From Bilabrum cf. latius (Eukaryota): a DNA stretch of 64,000 bases. Below the pieces are notes generated by a model. It searched no databases. It was not told where the DNA came from and saw nothing but the letters and a program-made list of their open reading frames with translations. A program made the translations under genes and the position numbers. The stretch is taken from NCBI GenBank assembly GCA_965178125.1, contig OZ237742.1:1116001-1180000 (forward strand), in the 5' to 3' direction. Shown here one piece after another: positions 50,098 through 61,644 of the stretch. Position 1 is the first letter of the stretch; the number at the start of each line of letters is the position of its first letter.

Positions 50098-53000
50098 CAG
50101 GTCGGCTGCATTGCGGGCGTCTGCAAAGATGCAGGCTGCTAGCAGCGCCTAGAAGGCTCTATCGGCCGAGAGTGGATTGGCGGACAATGAGGGCGAGGGG
50201 CAGGCAGCCCGCAGCCGATCCGTGTCGGTTGAGGACGTTGAATCAGACCCTGACGGCGACGTGACCTCTGCAGATGAGAGCGGAGATGGAAGTGGAGATG
50301 ACGAGGATGATGATGAGGAGGTGAAGATAGTTGCATTGAAGAAACGGGCTTCCGGGGCAGCAGGCCGACATGCAGGCCGCGCGTCGACAGGCCAAGCTGA
50401 CTATGCAGATCGCGGTCCACGTCATTTGGACACAAGGGCTTTCGATGCTGATGCTGCCAAAATTGATGATGACGATAAGGACGAGTTGGACGTCGGCAGG
50501 AGCGGCCCGCCTGCATCCGTGCCGGCAAGTGGTGCCAGCGTGGCGAATCCAGTCATGCCGCCCGCAACGCCACAGGCAGTTGAGATTTCATCAGAGGAGG
50601 ACGAGGACGAGGATGAGGATGGGGATGGTGATGACAGGGGGGCTGAGGACCGCGACCAATCGTAGTCGGCTAGTGCCAGTGCTCGACAGAAGGGCACAGT
50701 GAACATGGCGGTCTCGGCGGATCGTATGAGCCGAGCAGCAGCCGAGTCTCCTGCTCATGGCAAGCATAGAGGTCCAAGCCAGCGAGCGTCCGCAGCCAAT
50801 GCCGCCACCAAACCATATGAAAAAGACCCCTCCTGGCTAGATTCTTAGCAATCTGGCGGAGCATTGGACCTGAACATGCAAGCAGATCCACAGGCGCACG
50901 CTGCTGGCAGGTCACGCAGCGTGAAGCACTCGTCAATCGGGCTGTCTGCGAGCCTGTCGCTGTCCCCCGGGGCCGCGGGGCAAGACGGGCTCATGCCTCC
51001 CGATCTCGAGGAGTGGGATGGGCAAGTGGGTGGCCAGTAGGTCGAAGATGGGGGCGCCTCATAGGATGACGTCAATGAGGATAGTACTAGCAGCAGCCAG
51101 GGCGCTGCTGAGCCAGGCAGCAAGAGCAAGCAGACCGGTCATGCTGATGATGCCCCATCCCCTGAAGTCGTAGAGCTACCATCGAGCAGCAGGCCCGCTC
51201 GCAAATCGTCCAAAGGTGTGCGAGCCGCTGTGCAGGCATTGCGGTCCATCGACAGCAGCGAGCCACCTGTAGAGAATGCGATGGCTGAAGGCCCAACGTC
51301 GAAAGGTCACACCATGGATGCGCAAGGCAAGAGGAGCACGCCCCGAGCATCTGCGCAGCGCGATCCAGTGGCTGCAAGGAGCACTTCCAAAGAACAAACC
51401 GCTCGGAAGGCCATGGTACTCACGGAAGCGTCGTCATAGTCTTAGGACCAGGGCATGACGGCAGCGCTGAAACACTCCGCGGCGGCCCGGGAGCTCGAGG
51501 ACGACGTATTCGGGGCTGCTGACGCCGACAAAGAGGTCAAGCGGAGGCAGGCGATGCGGTCGCCGAGGAAGCCCAGGAAGAGCACTGGCAGTGGCAGCCC
51601 ACTTGCCAAGTCTAGCAGCAGCAGCAGCAGCAGCAGCACTAAAGAACCAGGATCTGCAGTTAAGCAGAAGCTGGTCACCGCCGCGTCTGCCATCCGATTG
51701 AGTCCGCGCAGGCGCACACCCAGCCGCAAAAAGGTGGAGCAACAGCTGCGGTCTTCTGAGTCTGCATCGAGTCACAAGAGGCGGAGTGCTGCCGTCATGT
51801 CCTCGTCCGACAGCAGCGATAGCGGTTCTGACGATAGCGACGACTAGACCATCGGAGAGGCGCTAGCAGGCAAGTTCGCTGCGGCGGGCAGCAGCAGCGC
51901 AAAACAGCCGTCAGCGGGCTCCAAGGCATCGTCGAAGGCCAAGACGTCAGGCAAAAGAGCGACCAATGGAATGTCCCTCCCATTCGCAAGAAGCTCGCTG
52001 GGTCGTGCAGTGTCGGGCAGTAGGCGTGCAAAAAAGGCTAGGGAGGCGGCTCTGGAAGCGGCCGAGGGCAGGCTGAGCCAGCTGCAGCAATCAAGCGGTG
52101 ATCTAGAGGCGAACGAGATCAGTGGCAATGAGATTGGAAAGAAAAACAAAGAAAACGAGAAAGGTAGAGGCAAAGGGCAGCGTGTTGAGCGCTTAATTGC
52201 TCGGCATGAGGCTAAACATACTGCAGGAGATGCGGAACCACCCGGCGAGAAAAATGATGAAGCCAAGGCGGATGGGCCCAGCCTGCGTGAGCGTACCACG
52301 GGCAAGCAAGGCTCTGCTGGGTCCGTGGACGGTGGGGCTGTGCTGGCCACTCCGCCTGTCACAGGGTAGGGTGCGTCCTCCAACACCGGCAGTAGCAGTG
52401 GCGGCCAAGCAGCGGCCACAAGTGGATCGTCTTCGCCCAAGCCAAAGCCCAGGCCCAAGAAGCCGTCCTCTCGAAAATCAAGGCTCCTCAAGCAGCTCGA
52501 GTCCTATACCAAGCCCGCCGTCAACTCGGCGTACCCGGAGGTAGACCTCAGCGCGATGATGGACGGGGTTGCGGTGGATGTCGATCTCGCCGGCGACTCG
52601 GCAGACCGTCGCGCCCGCCGTCGCCGAGAGCGGCAACAGGAGGGTGAGGCTGCTTCCGCGAGAGAGAGGGCGAGGGAGAGGGAGGAAGAGGAGCAGCTGA
52701 GGCTGGCATTGCGGGCAAGCCTCGCGGAGGCAGTGGCGGGCGACGAGCCAGCAACAGCAACAGCAGGAGCAATGGTTGATGGCGAGCCGGGGCTCGAGCA
52801 GCGTAATGCTGCTACAGAGCAGTGGCAGGCCGATGCGGGGAAATCCCATAACGCTAAATCGTCGTAGTCTGCTAGTACGGGCGATTCTTAGCCCCGCACA
52901 TACGCGCGAAAGCAGCATCGCTCTCGGTCCAAGCCTAGGGCATCTCGCCAGCTGACTGCGGCCGAGAAGGAGTCAAAAAGGGCTCTGCGTGAGAGTATGA

Positions 53001-56000
53001 ACACCGACCCGGAGCTGGGGCCTGGCGCTGCCGGGGTGTCGATGGTAGAGCAGTCATCGAACGGCGCAGATCATGGTGCAGGACGGAAGCGGCCAGCGGC
53101 TGGCACTGGACAACTAGAATCCCGCAAGTCACGCAGGATCGAAGCAGCCCATAACAAACCCAGCGGCATCGGTGATGCAGGGAGTAGTGGAGAGGAGCAG
53201 GATGACGAAGAGCATAATAATGTAACAAAGATAGCTGCTGGCTCAGACTCGGACAACGAGAGCGCGTCGAACGCTCACGCGGAGGGAGAAGAAGCCGACG
53301 ACCGAGTCAAAGATGAAGAGCAGAACCACGCTAATGAAGACGAAGATGGGCACAAGGACGAGGACAAGGACAGGCTGGTCCTGTTGCAGTCCCAGACGGA
53401 TGCGTACACTCAACTGGAAGAAGTAGCCATCGCCAGCCGAGACGACCCTTCGAAGCTGAAAAAGCTGCCGAGAAGCGTCAGGGAAATCATGCCACACAAC
53501 CTCCCGCCCGCATCTGTGGCCCGTGAGATCCAGGGCAGGAGAACGAGGAAGGCAAAAGGAGGTGCCCATGGCTCTTCTTCCTCCGATGTGGATGGGCAGG
53601 CCAGCACTGGAACAAGCCCTGCTGCAGACGGCAGGGCATCGTCCAAGAGCTCACTTTCCCCAGTCGGACGGTCCTAGCAGGCATCTGCGGCAAGCCCGTC
53701 TGCTGGGCTAGACCCGGTTCTGCAGCGGATCCTGGAGCAGGATGAGGCCAGGAAGGAAGCCGAGAGGGTGCGGGCGGCCGAGGCGGCAGCGGCGGCGGAG
53801 AGGAAACGGTCAGAGCTGGTGCTCAGGCAAAGGCGGCGCGATTCAAGCCAGCCTGGGCAGGAGCTTGTGTACCCGGAGTTTGCAGTTAAAGGCAAGAAGA
53901 TTCTAGTGAGCTCCCTTTTCGTGCCCTGCGTGTGCCCGCCGGTGGATTACGAGCAGCTTCAGCCAGGGACGGACCTGACGGAGGTCCTGCATGTAGGGCA
54001 TGACCTCGCCGAGTATTCCGATGCGCTCTCTGCCCGTGAGTTGCTCGCACTCGGAGTGATCGAGGGGTGGTGGGCAGAGAAGGCGGACGCCCCTAGTGAG
54101 GATGAGGAAGAGGCTGAAGAGAGCGGCACAAAAGCTGCAGTCAGCGTGGCAAATGTATCATTTGGAGGTGGGCTGGATGATGATGACGATGATGACGACG
54201 ATGATGACGACGACGAGGTGCAGGAGGTGCCGGTGGGTACCCGAAGTCATGCTGCTCAGCTAGACGTGTCCATGTCTTCTCTTAACAGCAGTAGCAGCAG
54301 CCCACTCGGCAGCTCGAGCCACGGTCACGGCTCGGAGTCATTCGGCGCATCTTCAGGCTCGTTCTCCCAGGACTGGCGGGTCGTTCGCTCCGGTGTGCTG
54401 CTGGGCTAGCCCATTGTGGGCCTCTCGCCAGCGGACGCTGCCGGGTCTCGCCTCGAGCACGACGATGAGTTGCATCAGATGGAGCTGTCTGAGGTTACGT
54501 TGCTGGAGGCATGGCTCGCTAGCGGGCTGGAAGGTGCTCTTGTAGACGGTTAGGCAGACGACAGCGGAGGACACGGTGCAGGCGATACAGGTGCAGCTGA
54601 AAGCTAGCGTAAAGATGGACATGCTGCTGCAGATGCGGGCTGGCTGCTGCGAGCCGCAAGCGGATGCTTGGCCGTGACACAAGGCGATACGTCAAAGCAG
54701 GATGCTATGGACGTGACACGGGACACTTATGGCATTGGAGAATCGAACGTGCCAAGTAATGCAGCATGCAGTGCCGCAAGGCTTCTGCAGCTTGCGCTGC
54801 GGCCAACTACCGGTTTGGTCGAGGAGTCTGTCGCGCGGTGCGGCGGCGAGGTTGTGAGTCCCTTCGAACAGGACGCCTGGGCGGCAGATGTGGGCTCGCT
54901 GGGCGGCGCTGTGCTCGACTTTGCCGCCCCAAGGACCTATTCGATCGTGCCGACGAACGTGTCCAGAGCCACCCCTGCAGGGGGTTATGCAGTGCTGAGC
55001 TGCTTGCTTTCCGACGCGCGCACAGACAAGCCGTATGCCCCCCATGCTTTGCACCCTTGCGAGTTGATTCCCTCCGGGCGCTCGCTTCGATGCGGGGCGG
55101 GAGTGACCGGCGCTTCAGACGCCGCAAGTCCCGTGGAGATGGGTGAAATGGAAGGCTGGTCCATCGGCGGGTACCACGAATCATCATCCTCGCACTTTGG
55201 TCATACTGGCGCAAGGCTTGGTTAGCTGGCCGGGAACGGGCAAAGGTCAGATGATCGCTAGCCCCTGGGACGGTCGCTGGCAATGGGGTTGGCACGCTGG
55301 CTGCAGGCAGGGGTGGTGGGCCGTTGGGGCGCCGGGCACATGCTAATTCCTGACTTCAGCGATGCGATTGCAGGCGGTCGGGATGCCAGATCAGCGAGGA
55401 CCGCGGTGCACTGGAAGCTTGAGGTCGACGCTAGGGCTGGCTCGATGCTTGGCTCGGTGGTCGTGCACGAGGTTGTCGAGTCTTGGCGCAAGAACCCGAG
55501 GCAGGCCGAGGCGCAGGCGCAGCTGATGCAGCAGTTTGCGCCGTCCCTCTAGCTACTCGGAGCGATTATTGTGTCATCGCCTGCGGAGATGAAAGAGGTG
55601 GCGGATTCTCGCACCAAGCCCAAGTCTGGGACGGCATCAGCAAAGAAGGCCAGGGCTGGGCAGCGGCACAGTGAACCGCCAGCGTGCGTGGCGGTGGTGC
55701 GGCGGCTTTACAGGAAGCACCTCCCAGCTATGTTGGACCAGTATCCTGACGGCTGCCGGTTCGTCCATCTAGAGTGGGTGTATCAGTGCTGTGCCATGGG
55801 CGCACTTGTGGACATAAAGCCCTTTGAATTGGTGCGAGGGGCAGATGGACGGCTGGAGCACCCGGGGCTTGGTGGTGTGGTCGGCGGAATTGCTAGTCTT
55901 TCCATGCAAGCCGATTCTTCAGCATCAACGTCGGCTTCTGCATCTGTGTCATCGCCGCCGCATTCGTCACAGGCAGCGGCGGCGGGGCAGAAGCGGTCCA

Positions 56001-58033
56001 GGCATGCTGGCCTCGGTCATACATCCCAAGATGGCGGCAAATCAAGCAAGAAACGACGAACCGGCGCGGATGCCGGTTCTAGCCCTGCTTCCGAGACCGG
56101 AGAATTGGTCGTCTCAGGCGCTGGCCTAAGCGTTGAGGAGTAGTCCCGAGCTGCAGCCATCAATGCGTCGCGGAGTCTTCCGCCCGCGTGGGCCCATGGC
56201 AGGGCATGGCAACCCCGTTTTGCGAGGGGATGCGTGGCATTCCTTGCCCCCCTTGGTGGGAAGGAGCCCCTGCATGGCTTCGTCTCGCCGCCCGGCTCTT
56301 CTCCTGTGGTCGACACCGTGCTCAGACGGTTCGGATTGGAGGCGTTCCACGTTGGCCGTGCTGCTGGAGCCGTGCAGCCGAGGCAGCTGCAGGCTGCTAG
56401 CTCCGGAGCAGGTACAATGGCTGGTGCAAGCATAAGCACTGCAGGAGTATAGGCCTCCAAAGAAGCATAGAGCTCGTTTGCTGGCTACACCGTGCTGGGG
56501 CTGCCTGCTGAGCAAACAAAAGACGTGATCGCGGCCATCGAGGCTCGGGTGCGCCCGCAGAGTGTTGTGGCTGCCGGTGGCAACCAATCTGCACCGCTGT
56601 CATCTTCATCTTCATCAATGATAGGCCCCTCATAGAGTCCACTGGCTCGGCCTCTTCGGGCCGATGACTTGCTGGTGCACGGCAGAACCAGCGGCAGCGG
56701 CCTGTCGTAGCCCTCGAGCAGCGCTGCTGGTGGATCCGCTGCTGCTGCGACTCAAGTACCCGACCAGCCGCCCCAGCGGGTCACCATGTCGTAGCGGGTC
56801 ATCATCACTGACGTGGAGCTGCGGAGGTACCACCGCCTCGCTACTGCTCTCCGCAGGGAGGGTCCGATTCGCCTCATGACGGGGGACGTGGCCTGGGTGC
56901 GGTGCCCGCGGGCATGGGCTCGTGCAGCGCTCCGGAGCGTTAGCTTGGAGCAGGGGCGCATGACGAGTGCGAGGGCCGCGGCCTTGACCTAGATAGACGG
57001 GGAGATGGCGCGGCTGTGGCAGGGACAAGGTGATGCCTGGCTGGGTGAGCTGGCGGGCGCGGCTGCTGCTGGCTCGGCACCTGCTGCTCCTGCTGCTGCT
57101 GCTGCTAGTAGTAGTCCAAGCGTTGATAAGCATGGCAGGACAATGCATGGTAAGGATAGATCGGGACCTGCCGTTGTGCTGGGACAGGTACAGTGGATGA
57201 CGAGTGCAAGACGTGCAGCTGAAGAAGCCGGGCAGGGGCCGGCAGCCGTTGCGTCAGGTGTCAGTGCGGGTGCTTCTGCTGCTGCTGCATCAACTGCTGC
57301 AGGCGGGCGGCCATGGCTGCTGCTACGGCTGTGCGTCGCTGGATTTGCAGAACCAAGTGCGCCGGGTCACGATGCCGGCAGCCGAGCAGTGACGCAGAGC
57401 CAGCTGGTGGTGCGGCCGACCGGCCTGTGGTTCGCCTGTGATGCCGCAGCGGTGCAGCGAGCCGTGCCCTGCAGCTTCGGGGATGAAGCAGGGCTGCAAA
57501 CAGTCGGGGAACAGCTGTTCTCGGGCGTGCAGGGATCGGCTGCGGTTGGAACGGGGCGAGCCGCTGGCTCGATCCCCGCGAGTGCAAGCATCCAGCGAGC
57601 TCGGCGGCTGCTGGCCCAGGTGCAGGACGAGCTGGGACGAATCGATGCGGGCCCTCAGGCAGCAGCAATAGATGGCGGCATTTTTGATGCTTCAGCCGAT
57701 ACATCTGCCGCCAAAGGCGGCAAGATGCCCCCTCCTCCTCGTCCTCCCGGGCCTGCTAGTACTCGCCCAGAAGCACTTGCTCGGGCGGGGCTGGTCACGC
57801 CTCCTCCCGGACACAGAGGTACTGTGCGGGGGGGTTCAGGGGCAAGCTATACTGAGGGTAGCATTGCTGGCGGGGGTACCCCGGGGATGGGGCCGCTGGG
57901 TGCGGCCAGGAGCGGTCGGGAAGAGCCGCATAATGGAAGCAGCGGAGGTCGGGGCGGAGGGGTTGGGATGAGCGGGGCAGGCTCTGTACCCAGCCTGGCG
58001 TGGCTGGTTCCTCGCCGGGCTTGGCAAGTGTAA
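45998..58033 (+). CDS. Giant (~4011 aa) intronless, largely disordered protein with a UIM and C-terminal BRCT-like motifs; candidate DNA-damage scaffold
   Basis: Eighteen ORF-track fragments share one frame. I read every gap and found only TAG (~39), no TAA/TGA, until TAA 58031-58033. UIM EEEEQLRLALRASLAE; BRCT-like VARCGGEVV and FVHLEWVYQCCAMGALVDIKPF; many SQ/TQ dipeptides. Confidence 0.85.
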
Positions 58034-58184
58034 GCCTGCCTACTACTTAAGGTTTCCTGCTAATCATTGTTTGCTGCCACTATTGCTGTTGTTTTGGAAC
58101 TACGAAACAGTGCGATCTCATCAAGTGCTGTCTGTGCATTTTCAACTGAATCAGTTGAGCACTCCATCCATCACAACCGCGTAT

Positions 58185-58696
58185 TTACTACCTGGTATCT
58201 AGTGACGCATCATCTGCTGCTTCCCTCTCTTTAGCTTCCCGTGCTTTCTCTACTATGTCTCCAATCTGCGCTGCTTCTTCGCTCAGCTGCGCAACATTTA
58301 ACCCTGCCTTTTCCGCCTCAACCTCATACTGGGTTATTCTCTCGCTATCGTCGCTAACAAGAGGCTTGCCTTCAGTTAGGATCCACCGCAAGAAGTCTGC
58401 CCGAGATGAGCTAGGCGTATCGTCGATGATGTCTGGCTTCTCGGAACTCACAAGCGACCTCCCGCGCTTCTTGGAGTCTTCTGCGCATCATCTCCAGTAA
58501 TTACATAGCTGATTCAAGAAATGCAGCCTACAATTCAACATTATCGTGGTAGTGCGCACCGCTATATCGACATCAACTCACTGGTTGCAGCCCAGGTTGA
58601 AAAGCCAATTACAGCGCCGACACCCAGAAGCACCTTGACATTCTGAGGGATTACAGAATGGTCATCAATAATATATCTGACGAGGCGACGAAACAT
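58185..58696 (-). CDS. Small hypothetical membrane protein, probably two exons (splice sites uncertain)
   Basis: MFRRLVRY...VLLGVGAVIGFSTWAAT hydrophobic segment, then the 58188-58451 ORF. Ends TAG-TAA, read as Q then stop. Confidence 0.5.
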
Positions 58697-58901
58697 TCTT
58701 TATCGTCGAGGGAATGGGCACAGCCGGGCGGTCTTTTGTGTTGTGGAGATGTGCGTGACGACTGCCAGTCGACCGCAAGACCACACCGTTGGCACCCCGG
58801 GAACCGCATGCTCCCCGATGCATCAGGAAGCTCATGCCAACCCAGCACATAGCATCCACTTGAAACCGCCTTCCCCCGCGTACCACCCGCAGCCGGCCTC
58901 C

Positions 58902-61433
58902 TCACACCCCCACCAACAAGGAAGGCGGGGTGCCATCGCAGGGCAGCCACGTGTGGTTGTTGGCTGCGGACGGGACGCAGCTCCCAGGGCCCTTCGAGCG
59001 ATTCGGAATCGCCTGACGCTGGTACATGGCCAGCTCGGCGGTCAGATTCGCGACCAGCTGCGGCTGCTGCGCCGCCACGCTCTCCCGCTCGCAAGGGTCC
59101 CCCTCCACGTCATACAGGCACCCCGCCCCCGCACCGGGGTCGCAGGGGGTCCCCGGGAGAGGCCCCCCACAGTCCACCGTGTACTTGTCGCTCTGCAGGG
59201 GCAAGCCGGGGGTGGCGATCCAGGTCGTGTTGGCGGTGAACTCGCAGGCTCCCAGCAGGAGCTTCCACTTGCCCTGCCGGATCGCACCGCACAGCCCCTC
59301 CAACCCCGGGGGGGGGGGGCCCTGCTCCTTCTCCTGGGGGGTTACCCCCTCCCAGTTGGGGTACCCCTTGGGCAGAGACAGGTGGATGATACCCTCGCGG
59401 GGAGAAGGCACGCCAGGCCGCGAGACTGCGTCCCACACGTCCTCCCCGTCCCCGGGGGAGAAGGCGGGCTGCTGGAGGGGGCCGACCGAGGAAACTTCCG
59501 GGGCATTTCCGGGAGACGCGCGCCCGGTCACGGCGCGCGCCCAGCGGCTCTCCTAGGAATTCGACTCCGAGTCCCCGATGCCCCTGGCCGCAGCTTCAGT
59601 GAGCGTAAAGTACCAGTCGGACACGTGCACCAGCGACCTCGAGACTCGCCCGGGGGACTGTATGCCGGCACCGTGAATGAAGGCGCTCGAGCGCATGCCT
59701 CCTTCCAGTAGCTGGTGCTTGCGGCCTGCCAGAGGCAAGTTAGAAGCCATGTTGCTGTTGAAGCCGCCCGCGGGTCCCCCTGAGAGACAAAAAAAGAAGA
59801 AGAAGGGGGCGTCCAACTAAGACAGTGGCCGGCAATGGGGGGGAGGCAAGTGGCGTCCAACTAGGACAGGGGCCTGGAATGGGGTAGGCGCTGTCGAGCG
59901 GCGAAGCAACGAGTGGCAACGTGAAGCATGGCTAGCAGTCAAATGAATTCTGCCCTATTGGCCTTCTTGCTTGGCTCTCAGCACTCAGACTCTCAGCACT
60001 CAGACTCTCAGCACTCAGACTCTCAGCACTCAGGCTATAGCGTTGCGCACTCACCGTTGTCTGCCGAAAAGACGATGATCGTGTCGTCCCCGCCATGCCC
60101 CGTCTTCCGCAGGGCCTCCCTGAGCTGGGCCATGCCTTTGTCAGCCTCTGTCACCATGGCTGCCACGGTGCGCCTGTGGATGTCCGAGATCGTGCCGTTG
60201 AACTTGTCGATGGCAGACTGAGGAGCTTCCAAGGGAGAGTGCATGGCCTGCCACGCGAGGTACAAAAAGAAAGGCTCGTCCGCCGGGCGGGTCTCGTGGT
60301 GCTTTTCGATGACACCCGCGGCCGCGTCGGCGAAGAGTCCCGTGGAGTACTTGCCCTGCTCCTTCCACTGCGGCAGCAGGCTCGTCTGATTAGAGGACCA
60401 GAAGTCGAAGCCGTCCCCGCTCGTGTGCTTGAAGTAGTCCTCTGCACCGCCCAGGTACCCGAGGCTCCATTCGGAGAACCCGCGGCGGGTCGGGATCTGG
60501 TCGTAGGAGTACATGCCCAGGTGCCACTTGCCTGCAAGGTGGTGGTAAAGGATAGGCAGTTTGTAGGCGCCGCTGGTGTTGGTGGCAAGTACATGATCCC
60601 GGCTCGGAACGGAGGTTTTGTGGAGTGCGCTGGGGCTCCAATTGGAGGCATGTGCATTGGGACACACTTGATTCGATTCCTGAGCAACCACATCTACTAC
60701 CACGAGGACGCCGCTAGCTTCGCCTCACCAACCTGCGAATGGAAAAATAGACAAATTCAACCTCCAGGCGCTAGAGATTGCGCCGACTAAAATGTCAAAC
60801 TCGCTTGTAAATGGGTGTCGCATGCCAGTGGTAGCCAAGCACGCTCGGCGTCTCACCATGTAGGACCTGTAGCCCATGCCGTTTAGCACCTCTGGCAGAA
60901 GCAGGCAGCGCTCCTCCGTGGGGCGATTGCAGGAAGCATTCAGCCCGCTATTAGTCCCTGGCTGAAGCGGGTCGTAGATGCCGGTGTTAATGATGGCGCG
61001 GCCAGAGACGAGGCTTGATCTAGTCGGCGAGCAAACGGCATTCACGTAGTGCTGGTCCAGGATCACACCGCTGTGCGCAAGGTCATCGATCGTAGGGGTT
61101 GGAATCTAAGTCGAACCATGGAACGAAACGTCGTTCCAGCCAAGGTCTGCGATAAAAATCATTCGAGTTTTCTGGCAATTACATTGGGGCCTCCACCGAC
61201 GCATGCAAGAGCTCACCGTGACTGAAGCCATTCTCACCATCCATCAGTACAAACTGCGGACAGTTAATTTGAATTCGGGAAAATCATGTATGCAATAGTA
61301 GCGGCAGTAGTCAGCATAAGTATGGATGCACAAAACGATGCTGCTGCTTGAGACTCACGATTATATTCGGCCTCTTTGCGTGGGCAACATGCACTCCCAG
61401 CGTCATGAGCAGGGCAGTAAGAAGCTTCAACAT
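58902..61433 (-). CDS. Secreted arylsulfatase B/I/J-like sulfatase, multi-exon
   Basis: Signal peptide, KRPNII|FVLMD|DLGWNDVSFHGST(Q)IPTPTID, CSPTRSSL, GKWHLG, PTRRGF, YLAWQAMHSPL, FSADNG, NLPLAGRK..LLEGGMR, HVSDWYFTL, GKWKLL, CLYDVEGDPCE; ends TGA. Confidence 0.92.
59974..60032. repeat. 15-bp minisatellite (CTCTCAGCACTCAGA) x ~4 in a sulfatase intron
   Basis: Direct tandem copies visible in the sequence. Confidence 0.9.
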
Positions 61434-61644
61434 TGCTGGGCTGGAAGAATAAGGCAGAAGTGACTGATGATCTGCAAGAATCTGGCCTGAAGGACCACCA
61501 ACCTGACGACGAGCCATCATGCACTGCAGTTGCTGCAGGAATTCATAATACTCACCAAAAGGCACACACGCACGCGCCTACAAACCGCCAACCAAACTCA
61601 AACACCAACCCAACCCCTTAGATACCGAGGATCCAAGTCTCAAG

